A stretch of 64,000 nt of DNA from Candidatus Krumholzibacteriia bacterium (GTDB taxonomy: Bacteria > Krumholzibacteriota > Krumholzibacteriia > LZORAL124-64-63). The translations under genes and the position numbers were made by a program. Position 1 is the first letter of the stretch. Every line of letters begins with the position of its first letter. The DNA lies in assembly GCA_023270185.1 (NCBI GenBank), contig JAGLCY010000030.1, forward strand, positions 1,134 to 65,133, given 5' to 3'. Below are positions 10,121-18,185 of the stretch, piece by piece. The notes under the pieces were generated by a model that was not told the DNA's origin, ran no database searches, and worked only from the letters and a program-made list of their open reading frames with translations.

Positions 10121-11275
10121 TCACCAGGCGCTGCCTATCGTGAGGTATCCGACCGTTTCCTCCGGGCCGCGAGCTACATCCAGCCCCATGGCCAGGCCCA
10201 GTTTGCGCGCGATGAGGTACCGAAAACCGCCGCCGTAATTGTAGGCCTTCTCCGCATCCTTCAAACGATCGAAATTAACCGCCGCACGGCCCGCGCCCAG
10301 AAAGGCCAGCAGGCTCCAACGGTCGTCGATTTTCCAGCGCGGTTCGAATTCCGTCAGTGCGACATGGTAACCAAGGTACCGAAAAGCCGGGATACCGCGC
10401 AGCCTGACCCACGGCAGGGCATATACGGGGGCGCCGTGGCCGGCATTCCTGTACTCCATCCTCAAACCGAAGACAAAACTGCCGCCCAGGCTCAGGTACT
10501 GGTTCCACAGCAGGTCCAAACGACCATAAGTAAAATCTCCGCCAATCCTCGGACTGAATCGGGCGACGCTCGCGATGGCCCTGGTCCCCGCGTTAGGGGT
10601 GAAGACGTTATCGCGTGTATCGTAGGAACTGAAGAGGCTCAGGCCGGCGTTGTTCGAATACCCTTCGTCATCCAATTCAGCGTCCGTGTCGAAGGTGCCG
10701 TTGGTGCCGGCAAAGATGTATTTGGTACCGGCAAAAAATGCGGAATCCCAAAGCCGGAACTGGATCTGCTGGACCGTGCCCCCGCCCTCGATATGGTACG
10801 GAATCGGGTTGTTGTTGGTGTCGGAATCACGGCCGATGCCGTAGAAATCGACGTTGACCGAAGCATAGGCAAGCCCGCCCAGGTAACGGATATCGCCTTC
10901 ATCCCAGATTCCCATATGACCGCCGGCCACGGCCCAGGTTCCGTTATCGGCGTAAAGTCCGCCGCCGAATGAAATGCTTGGCGGGGCGGAAGGTGAATTG
11001 TCCTTGCCCGCCGCATCCTGCGGATGGAAGTAGGCCAGTCCACCGACGGCCCCGATTCCCACTGCGGGTTCATTGAAGGGAATGATGACCGGCAGGAAAC
11101 CGCTCTGGGTTTTCCGTGGGCCCAGGATGTCGAACTTGCCGTCCTCGGGGTCCTTGTAGTTGTCCCAGAAGGATGTCTCTTTGTCTGATGAAGAGTCGTC
11201 CCCGGCCTGAACGTTCGTAGGAACGAACAGACCGAGGACGAGAATCAGGACAAGGACGCTGCGGGCTCTTGTCAT
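10121..11275 (-). CDS. Omp85/BamA-like (bacterial surface antigen) beta-barrel outer-membrane protein without POTRA domains
   Basis: Start at MTRARSVLVLILVLG (signal peptide). C-terminal GGGFRYLIARKLGLAMGLDVARG...YLTIGSAW resembles the Bac_surface_Ag C-terminal strands. Confidence 0.5.
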   Translation of the reverse strand: MTRARSVLVLILVLGLFVPTNVQAGDDSSSDKETSFWDNYKDPEDGKFDILGPRKTQSGFLPVIIPFNEPAVGIGAVGGLAYFHPQDAAGKDNSPSAPPSISFGGGLYADNGTWAVAGGHMGIWDEGDIRYLGGLAYASVNVDFYGIGRDSDTNNNPIPYHIEGGGTVQQIQFRLWDSAFFAGTKYIFAGTNGTFDTDAELDDEGYSNNAGLSLFSSYDTRDNVFTPNAGTRAIASVARFSPRIGGDFTYGRLDLLWNQYLSLGGSFVFGLRMEYRNAGHGAPVYALPWVRLRGIPAFRYLGYHVALTEFEPRWKIDDRWSLLAFLGAGRAAVNFDRLKDAEKAYNYGGGFRYLIARKLGLAMGLDVARGPEETVGYLTIGSAW

Positions 11276-11300
11276 ATGTGGAAAACCATCCCGACCGATC

Positions 11301-13655
11301 CTACTCGACTTCCGCCACCTCGATGGTGACCTGGCGAATCTTCCCGGTGAAGCGGGTCTCCACCGGCCCAATGCCGATATCCTCGGCCACCGGCGTTTGA
11401 TTGTCGAGACCAACATCCGCGGTTTCATCCGCCGAGAAGATCAGAGGCTGGGTTTTTTCCACGCGGCCCTCAGCAACGGCCTTTCCGTTCACGGAGATCG
11501 TAGCAAGGCCTCCCTTGCCGAAGCCACCGCCATCATAGACGAAATCGAGTTCAACCGTGGAGCTTCCCGCCGGAAGAACATCGGTACCCGAAACGGTATA
11601 ACGCTCGAGTCCGAGAAAGTTGTAGGTGTAGATCGGTTTGCCATCCTTCACATAAAGTGACCAACCGCCGAATCGACCACCCTGGGCCAGGATCACGCCA
11701 TTTGCTCCACCCTCCGGGATATCGAGCTCGGCCGTGATCGTCACCGACTGGTTCTTCACATTGATGAAGGTGTTCTCCAGCATTCCGCTCATGCCTTCAT
11801 AAAGCGTGAGGGAAGTACGCCCACCCATAAGGTCCGGGCGTCCCGCGACGGCAGCATTCACACGCTCGACCGTCCGGTCATCAATGGGCAGGACATGATA
11901 CTTTTCGGCTTCCTTCATGAACAGGGCCTGCATTTCCTCCAACTTTTCGGGCTGTTCGGCAGCCAGATTATTGGTGAGGCTGAAATCAGCGCGGACGTCG
12001 TACAGATCCCAGATATCTGATTCCAGCGGCTTCTGTTTTTTGGTCTGCCACGGGGCCCGGTGAAGGGTGCGGGCAAGCCAGCCGTCGTTGTAGATCGCCC
12101 GGTTGCCGAACATCTCGAAGTACTGAGTGGTGTGCCTTTCCTTGGCCCTTTCATCGTCAAAGGTGTACAGCATACTGACACCCTCGATGGGGGTCTGCGG
12201 CGTTCCGTTGACGATCTTGGGTTCGGGGAGACCTGCGGCTTCCAGAATCGTGGGCGCCACGTCGATGACGTGCGAAAACTGAGTGCGCAGGCCTCCCTTT
12301 TCCTTGATGCCGTTCGGCCAATGAATGACCACTCCATTGCGGGTGCCGCCGAAGTCCGAGGCCACCTGTTTGGTCCACGAGAAGGGCGCGTCGAAAGCGA
12401 CCGCCCAGCCGGCGGCCATGTGCGGGAAGGTATGCGGTCCGCCCCACTCGTCCATCAAAGGAAGGAGATCCTCCACCTTTTCGGTCACCTGATTGAAGTA
12501 GGTCATCTCGTTGTACATGCCGACGAATCCGCCCTCGGCGCTGGTGCCGTTGTCGCCGGCAATGTAGATGAACAGGGTGTTGTCCATTTCGCCGATGTCC
12601 TCCAACGCCCCGACGAAACGGCCGATCTCGCTGTCGGTCTGCTCCAGGAACCCGGCAAACACCTCGGCCTGGCGGGCGAACAACCGGCGGTGATCGGCCG
12701 GCAGCGAGTCCCAATCCTTGATGTCTTCCGGTTTCTCGCCAAGCTTGCAATCCGCGGGAATGACTCCTGCTTCCTTTTGGCGTTCCAGGGTCTCCTGCCG
12801 GATCTGATCCCAGCCCTTGTCGAACTGACCCTTGTATTTGTCTGACCACTCTTTGGGAACATGGTGCGGTGCGTGGACGGCACCGGTGGCGTAATAAACG
12901 AAGAACGGTTTGTCCGGGGTCATCGACTGCTGGGCTTTCACCCAGTTGATCGCCTGGTCAGTCATATCAACGGTGAAATGATAGTCGGGTGTGTGGGGTG
13001 GGTTGACCCTGGTCACGCCGTCATAGACCAGCGGGTACCACTGGTCGGTTTCGCCCCCGATGAAGCCGTAGAATTTGTCGAAACCCTGATGGGTGGGCCA
13101 ACGGTCGTAGGGGCCCGAGACGCTGGTTTCCCAGGCGGCGGTTTCGTGCCACTTGCCGAACGCGCCGGTGCTGTAACCGTTGAGCCTGAGCATCTCGGCC
13201 AAAGGCGCCACGCTGTTCGGAATCTGCCCCGTGTTGCCGGGAAAAGCGGTCGCGGTCTCCATGATCGAGCCGGTGTTGGTGGTGTGATGATTCCGGCCGG
13301 TCTTGAGTGCGTTCCTGGTGGGAGAGCAGAGCGCCGTGGTGTGGAAATTGTTGAACCGCAGCCCTCCATCAGCCAGGCTGTCAAGAGTCGGGGTCTGGAT
13401 GGGACCGCCAAACGTGCTTGGTCCACCGAAGCCGACATCGTCGATCAGAACGATCACGATGTTGGGCGCCTTGGTGGGCGCCTTGACCTCGAACCGGGGC
13501 GGCGCTGCGACATTGCGAACGTCCAGCTCGCTGTAGGTAGGCCGTTCCGGCTCCTGGATGGGCAGGACCGTGCGATCGAATTCGTCCTGCGCAAGAACAG
13601 CCGATCCGACAGTCAAAACCGTCGCCACCATCATCATGGAAAACAGGAATCTCAT
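11301..13655 (-). CDS. Arylsulfatase (sulfatase family, formylglycine-dependent) with extra C-terminal domain
   Basis: Signal peptide. Sulfatase signature CSPTRNALKTGRNHH (Cys-X-Pro-X-Arg). Conserved metal-binding D/N residues. 784 aa. Confidence 0.9.
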   Translation of the reverse strand: MRFLFSMMMVATVLTVGSAVLAQDEFDRTVLPIQEPERPTYSELDVRNVAAPPRFEVKAPTKAPNIVIVLIDDVGFGGPSTFGGPIQTPTLDSLADGGLRFNNFHTTALCSPTRNALKTGRNHHTTNTGSIMETATAFPGNTGQIPNSVAPLAEMLRLNGYSTGAFGKWHETAAWETSVSGPYDRWPTHQGFDKFYGFIGGETDQWYPLVYDGVTRVNPPHTPDYHFTVDMTDQAINWVKAQQSMTPDKPFFVYYATGAVHAPHHVPKEWSDKYKGQFDKGWDQIRQETLERQKEAGVIPADCKLGEKPEDIKDWDSLPADHRRLFARQAEVFAGFLEQTDSEIGRFVGALEDIGEMDNTLFIYIAGDNGTSAEGGFVGMYNEMTYFNQVTEKVEDLLPLMDEWGGPHTFPHMAAGWAVAFDAPFSWTKQVASDFGGTRNGVVIHWPNGIKEKGGLRTQFSHVIDVAPTILEAAGLPEPKIVNGTPQTPIEGVSMLYTFDDERAKERHTTQYFEMFGNRAIYNDGWLARTLHRAPWQTKKQKPLESDIWDLYDVRADFSLTNNLAAEQPEKLEEMQALFMKEAEKYHVLPIDDRTVERVNAAVAGRPDLMGGRTSLTLYEGMSGMLENTFINVKNQSVTITAELDIPEGGANGVILAQGGRFGGWSLYVKDGKPIYTYNFLGLERYTVSGTDVLPAGSSTVELDFVYDGGGFGKGGLATISVNGKAVAEGRVEKTQPLIFSADETADVGLDNQTPVAEDIGIGPVETRFTGKIRQVTIEVAEVE

Positions 13656-13676
13656 CAGGGACCTCCGTATAAAACG

Positions 13677-13698
13677 TATCTGACAATTTATTCAGATA
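13677..13698. promoter_or_regulatory. Perfect inverted repeat TATCTGA-N8-TCAGATA in the divergent sulfatase/AraC intergenic region
   Basis: Read directly from the sequence. Located 22 bp upstream of the sulfatase start codon on the other strand. Confidence 0.4.
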
Positions 13699-13728
13699 AC
13701 CAATGTAATCCTGTCTCCTTTCATCCGC

Positions 13729-13768
13729 TTGACATATTGGCTCAAATCCTTGATAATTTGGCTCAATA
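13729..13768 (+). promoter_or_regulatory. Sigma70-like promoter TTGACA-17-GATAAT with direct repeats TTGGCTCAAAT / TTGGCTCAATA spaced 20 bp apart, upstream of the AraC-family regulator
   Basis: TTGACA at 13729-13734 and GATAAT at 13752-13757. Direct repeats at 13738-13748 and 13758-13768. Implies the regulator starts at ATG 13768 (MAKEK), near-leaderless, rather than at TTG 13729. Confidence 0.4.
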
Positions 13769-14823
13769 TGGCCAAAGAAAAACTATCCGGAATCTGGTTG
13801 TTGGAAGCAATTCGACGTGGAGGCGTCGATACGTACAGGCTTTCCCGCGATCACCCGAATGAAATCCGAAACCTGTTGGCGGATCCGGGGGCTTTGCCAC
13901 CGGACGAGCTGAATTTCATCCTCAACCTCTGTGCGGAATTGAGCGGTGACGACAATTTCGGACTGCACCTGGTTGATCTGGTCGATCCGACCATGTTTGG
14001 ACCATTGGGATATCTCCTGGCCAATGCTCCCACTTTTGATCGACTCCTGTATTTTACCGAAATGTATTATCACACCCTCTATCGGAGCGCGGTTTTCGAG
14101 CTAAATAAAGGCGAGACGGTCTGCTCCCTGGAATTCCGCGTTCAAGGGTCTCCCCAAGTATCCCTGCGCCATCTCAATGAATGGCCTCTCGGTTTCTTCG
14201 CCGTTTACTTCGCCAGGCAGATCGGACATGGATGGTTACCCCTGCGTGTTGAATTCACGAACGAAGCCCCCGATGATGTGCGTGAGCTGGAACGGGTTTT
14301 TGGTAGCAACATCACCTTCAACGCGCCCCGTACCGCCTTCGAATTCGAGAGAGAAATCCTCGACCGCAAAATCAACACTTCGGATTCGCGTTTTCTTAAA
14401 ATCCTTACCGACCAGGCGGAGGCGCTTCTGCTGGAAGTCGTCCGTCCCGAATCATTCGAGACCGGTGTGCGTTTGCAGATCCTGGAACTGCTGGAAAGCG
14501 GCGGCGCCAACTCCCGGGATATCGCGCGGAACATGGCCATGTCTCGCAGCACACTCAAAAGGGAACTGGCGGCCCGAAGTTTGACCTTTCGGGGACTCCG
14601 CAACGAAATCATCAAAGAGGTTGCCTGCAAAGCCCTGCTGGAGACCGATACCGAAGTGGGCGCATTGGCGAGGAAACTCGGATATTCCGAACTCAGTGCT
14701 TTCGACCGGGCTTTTAAACGCATAACCGGTATGAACCCGACCATGTTCAAGCGGGCTCAACAGAAATCCGACGTCACATTCCAGGTCAGCGCTCCTGATC
14801 CGCCGTTAAAAACTCGACGATGA
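13729..14823 (+). CDS. AraC family transcriptional regulator (N-terminal AraC-binding-like domain plus C-terminal HTH_18); likely regulator of the adjacent sulfatase
   Basis: C-terminal tandem HTH (RDIARNMAMSRSTLKRELA...LGYSELSAFDRAFKRITGMNP). Start is probably ATG 13768. Confidence 0.85.
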   Translation: MTYWLKSLIIWLNMAKEKLSGIWLLEAIRRGGVDTYRLSRDHPNEIRNLLADPGALPPDELNFILNLCAELSGDDNFGLHLVDLVDPTMFGPLGYLLANAPTFDRLLYFTEMYYHTLYRSAVFELNKGETVCSLEFRVQGSPQVSLRHLNEWPLGFFAVYFARQIGHGWLPLRVEFTNEAPDDVRELERVFGSNITFNAPRTAFEFEREILDRKINTSDSRFLKILTDQAEALLLEVVRPESFETGVRLQILELLESGGANSRDIARNMAMSRSTLKRELAARSLTFRGLRNEIIKEVACKALLETDTEVGALARKLGYSELSAFDRAFKRITGMNPTMFKRAQQKSDVTFQVSAPDPPLKTRR

Positions 14824-15163
14824 GCTCAGTAAGGCCGTGCCCCTTTGCAAACCCGGAAAGACTGCTGGCGCATATGGCCAGACAGGTGCAGCCCCGCGTT
14901 CCCTGGGGATCCAGGTCCACGGCCATTTGGGCATATGTCCGGGCATCCAGAAACAGGGCTTTGCTTTTCTTTCTGTCGGTTTCCAGGTTGGCGGCGCTGA
15001 TCAACGCCCGCGAAAGTTTCCAGGCCGCCGGGTAGGATTCCGTATCGCGCGACAGGATCGCGCGGAGTTCATGCTGGAGTCGATGGCGGCGTTTTTGGAA
15101 ATCAGGAAGATGGAAATTGAGGACGAAACCGAGGCAACAACCAAACATCACAAAAGAGCACAT
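14786..15163 (-). CDS. Questionable hypothetical ORF between the AraC gene and rhlE
   Basis: The long minus-strand ORF (track 14786-15385) is interrupted by a terminator-like element at 15164-15186. Only the downstream part could be real. No RBS and no recognisable domain. Confidence 0.15.
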   Translation of the reverse strand: MCSFVMFGCCLGFVLNFHLPDFQKRRHRLQHELRAILSRDTESYPAAWKLSRALISAANLETDRKKSKALFLDARTYAQMAVDLDPQGTRGCTCLAICASSLSGFAKGHGLTELIVEFLTADQER

Positions 15164-15186
15164 AAAAGGACCCCCCGGGGGGTTCC
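15164..15186 (-). terminator. Candidate intrinsic terminator of rhlE: ACCCCCCGGGGGGT palindrome followed by a U-tract on the minus strand
   Basis: Palindrome at 15170-15183. The minus strand reads GGAACCCCCCGGGGGGTCC-TTTTATGTGCTCTTTTGTG. Same C6G6 core as the element at 6183-6198. Confidence 0.45.
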
Positions 15187-15409
15187 AACGAGCCGCCCCC
15201 CAGTCCAGATCCACGTCCACGAAGACACGGCCACTGGCCGCATGACAGTCCAAACCGATGCCGGCGAACGCGAATTGAGTCGAGCCGACACAGAACGAAT
15301 GCGCTGCGATGCCGCCGTCTGCGAACACGGTGGCCGAAACACGACGACTATCCCGCCCCGAGTCCGCCGAGACCGGTTGTGGCATGAGAGAGGGAAAGCG
15401 GTAGCGTAA

Positions 15410-16645
15410 TTACCGCGCCCACTTCGAGCCCGAACCCCGCCCCTTACCCGCCCGAGCGCGCTGCCGGGCCGCCCGTGCCGAAGCCGCCAGGCAGGCCGCG
15501 ACGGTGGGCGAGTGCCACTGGTGATCCTCGAAAACTATCAGCGGTGTTTTCAAAAGACGCTCGACGCCCCGCAGATACGATACATCCTCGACGCAGCACA
15601 ACGACACAGCCACACCCGCTTTGCCGGCCCTCGCCGTACGTCCGATGCGGTGAATGTAATTTTCGGCGTCTTCAGGCAGTTCGTAGTTGATGACGTGGGA
15701 AATGCCCTCGACGTCGATGCCGCGGGCCACGATGTCGGTCGCCACCAAAACCTGCACCTTGCCACGGGTGAAGGCTTCTAGGGCGCGCTGCCTCTGGCGT
15801 TGGGATTTGTCCGAGTGGATGGCTTCCGCGCGAATACCGGCCTGCTCCAGATGCCTCGCCACTATGGTGGCGGCAACCTTGGTGCCGGTGAACACCAGTG
15901 CCCTCTCGGTATCGTCGCCCTTCAACAGTTCGACCAGCAGATCGGCTTTGTCCGCTTTGGCCACGAACATCACCCGCTGTTCGATGTTGTCGGCCACCGC
16001 GGCGGGCGGCGCCACCGAAATACTTTGGGCATCGGTCTGCATGGTGGAAGCCAGGCTGCGCACGCCGCCGGTCATGGTGGCCGAAAACAGCAGTGTCTGG
16101 CGCGGTTTTGGCACACGGTCGGCGACCCAGCGCACATCGTGCACGAATCCCAGGTCGAGCATGCGGTCGGCCTCGTCCAGGATGAGGAATTCGACGTCGT
16201 CGAGGATCATCTCCCCCTGTTTGACCAGGTCGATGAGCCGCCCGGGCGTGGCTACTACAAAGTCGACTCCCCGGCGCAGACGATCGATCTGCGGTCCGGA
16301 GGGAACTCCCCCCAACAGCACCGCGGTGCGGGTGCCGACATGGCGTCCGTAGGCGCGGATATTTTCATCGACCTGCAGGGCCAACTCGCGGGTGGGCGCC
16401 AGCACCAGGGCCAGTGGAGTGTCACCCTTTTCAGATGGACGCGTGGCGATATCGTCGATGATGGACAGCGTGAACGCGGCCGTCTTGCCGGTCCCGGTCT
16501 GGGCACTGGCGATCAGATCAAGGCCGGCATTGACGATGGGAATGGCCGCCTCTTGGATAGGTGTGGGCTCTGTGTAACCGCATTCGGCCAGAGCGCGCAG
16601 CACAGGCTGGCTCAGACCGAGATCGGAGAATTTTATCGTGGACAT
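15410..16645 (-). CDS. rhlE: DEAD-box ATP-dependent RNA helicase (RhlE-like)
   Basis: Q-motif and Walker A AQTGTGKT, DEAD box (LILDEADRML), SAT, HRIGRTAR motif, basic C-terminal tail. Confidence 0.9.
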   Translation of the reverse strand: MSTIKFSDLGLSQPVLRALAECGYTEPTPIQEAAIPIVNAGLDLIASAQTGTGKTAAFTLSIIDDIATRPSEKGDTPLALVLAPTRELALQVDENIRAYGRHVGTRTAVLLGGVPSGPQIDRLRRGVDFVVATPGRLIDLVKQGEMILDDVEFLILDEADRMLDLGFVHDVRWVADRVPKPRQTLLFSATMTGGVRSLASTMQTDAQSISVAPPAAVADNIEQRVMFVAKADKADLLVELLKGDDTERALVFTGTKVAATIVARHLEQAGIRAEAIHSDKSQRQRQRALEAFTRGKVQVLVATDIVARGIDVEGISHVINYELPEDAENYIHRIGRTARAGKAGVAVSLCCVEDVSYLRGVERLLKTPLIVFEDHQWHSPTVAACLAASARAARQRARAGKGRGSGSKWAR

Positions 16646-16931
16646 GGGTTCCTGTCTCGTTGATCCGGGATCTACGCAAACTTGGTCTCGGATGGAGCTC
16701 AGGAAGGCTGGGAGCCGAGAGGCGTGCAGAAAATCGCGGCAGCTTTTTTTGCGGCGCCAACAACGGGCCGCGCGTGTCTAGACTTTGTTTCTGGGCGGAA
16801 AGATATGGCCCAAGCGGAAAATTTGCAATAGATCCGTCATGTGACGCGCCGTCGACTACTCCGCCTGCCCTAATTGTGGTATCATTATTATCGTTGAATA
16901 ACGACCAACCGCTGTCCTGCAATCGGGGGTT

Positions 16932-17519
16932 GTGATGATGCGCAGATCATCAGTATTGCCGGGGATATTCGCCATCATTTTACCCATCGGCTTCGTATGC
17001 GCCGCCGAGCTGGAGATCCCCCTGACAGTGGTCACGCCCGAGGATCCTTTCACCACCCAGGTGGTTCCTATCGAGATCCCGGTTCCGATCGCCCAGGTGT
17101 CGAGGATCGCTCTGCGCCTGCAGGGAACCTACAATGATCAGTTTTTCACCTGCGACGTTCCCTACCACACCGCGACAGCACCAGGTCGAGTGGATATCTC
17201 TCTCGGAGACGACATCCTCATCTCACAGGAAGTCCTGATCACCCACTCCTTCCCCACCAACCCCGGCGATCCGCTGCCTTTCGATATTACCCAGGTATTA
17301 CTGGAGGGAGATGCGACCGACTGGCCCTTCCTGGCCGACGGAAGCGGCCAACTCGGAATCGCCGACAACGCGCGGTTGGTCTACTACGAAGACGCGTATC
17401 CCTGCTCCCCGGGCGAAGTCTTCGGCACACTGACCGGCGCCACCCTCATCGTCACCTTTGACACGACCGTTCCGGTCGAGACCCGCTGCTGGGGAAGCAT
17501 CAAGGGAATCTATCGTTGA
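16932..17519 (+). CDS. Secreted hypothetical protein
   Basis: Signal peptide MMMRRSSVLPGIFAIILPIGFVCAA. No recognisable domain. Confidence 0.45.
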   Translation: MMMRRSSVLPGIFAIILPIGFVCAAELEIPLTVVTPEDPFTTQVVPIEIPVPIAQVSRIALRLQGTYNDQFFTCDVPYHTATAPGRVDISLGDDILISQEVLITHSFPTNPGDPLPFDITQVLLEGDATDWPFLADGSGQLGIADNARLVYYEDAYPCSPGEVFGTLTGATLIVTFDTTVPVETRCWGSIKGIYR

Positions 17520-17525
17520 TCGCTT

Positions 17526-18158
17526 TTATGATTTTATCGTGATGACCTCATCAACATTGTTGAATATCTTTTCGACCCTTTGCTGCCAGAGTTCACCGAA
17601 GCTTTCCTTGTCTTCTGGTGAAGCCACGCCCTGCATGATCTTCTGCATGAGTTCCTGCTGGCTCGGATGACCTTCGACACCACTGGGGTCATAGACCACT
17701 TCCACGCTCCGGCCATTGTCGAGCCGCTTGAATTTCGCGCTGGAGGTGATGTCGGCTTCAAACTCCATCAGGCCATGCCGGACAAAGTTGCCGCCGATTC
17801 CCTTGAATCCCAACGTGGTTGTGGCTCCCGTGATCTGGGTCACGACATTGGCAATCACCCCGGCCACACCTTCTTCCTCCTCCTCCTTGAAGGACACGAA
17901 AATTTCTCCCCGGACAGGAAGTTGATCCTTGTAGAGGGCCTTCAATGCTTCCCTGGTCATCAAATAGGCGCCGGCAACCGTCGGGCAACTGTGTCCGGCA
18001 CTCTTGACGACGTCCAGATAACCGTACTCCACGTTCCCGCCTTCAAACGTTCCCAGTAAAGCAGACAGGTTGTCCTGAAGTTTTATGGATTCAATCGTGT
18101 CGAAAAACAGAGGGTATTTCACTTGATGGTCTCCTTGTAGGTGAAAGAGAGGCGGCAA
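17526..18158 (-). CDS. FmdE/FwdE-like domain protein
   Basis: SAGHSCPTVAGAYLMTREALKAL resembles the HxCPG-containing core of formylmethanofuran dehydrogenase subunit E family proteins. Lies immediately downstream of the Clp-like/RF-like fusion gene on the same strand, with a 27 bp gap. Confidence 0.45.
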   Translation of the reverse strand: MPPLFHLQGDHQVKYPLFFDTIESIKLQDNLSALLGTFEGGNVEYGYLDVVKSAGHSCPTVAGAYLMTREALKALYKDQLPVRGEIFVSFKEEEEEGVAGVIANVVTQITGATTTLGFKGIGGNFVRHGLMEFEADITSSAKFKRLDNGRSVEVVYDPSGVEGHPSQQELMQKIMQGVASPEDKESFGELWQQRVEKIFNNVDEVITIKS

Positions 18159-18185
18159 ATGCCACCCCCCATGATCTAATCCTCA

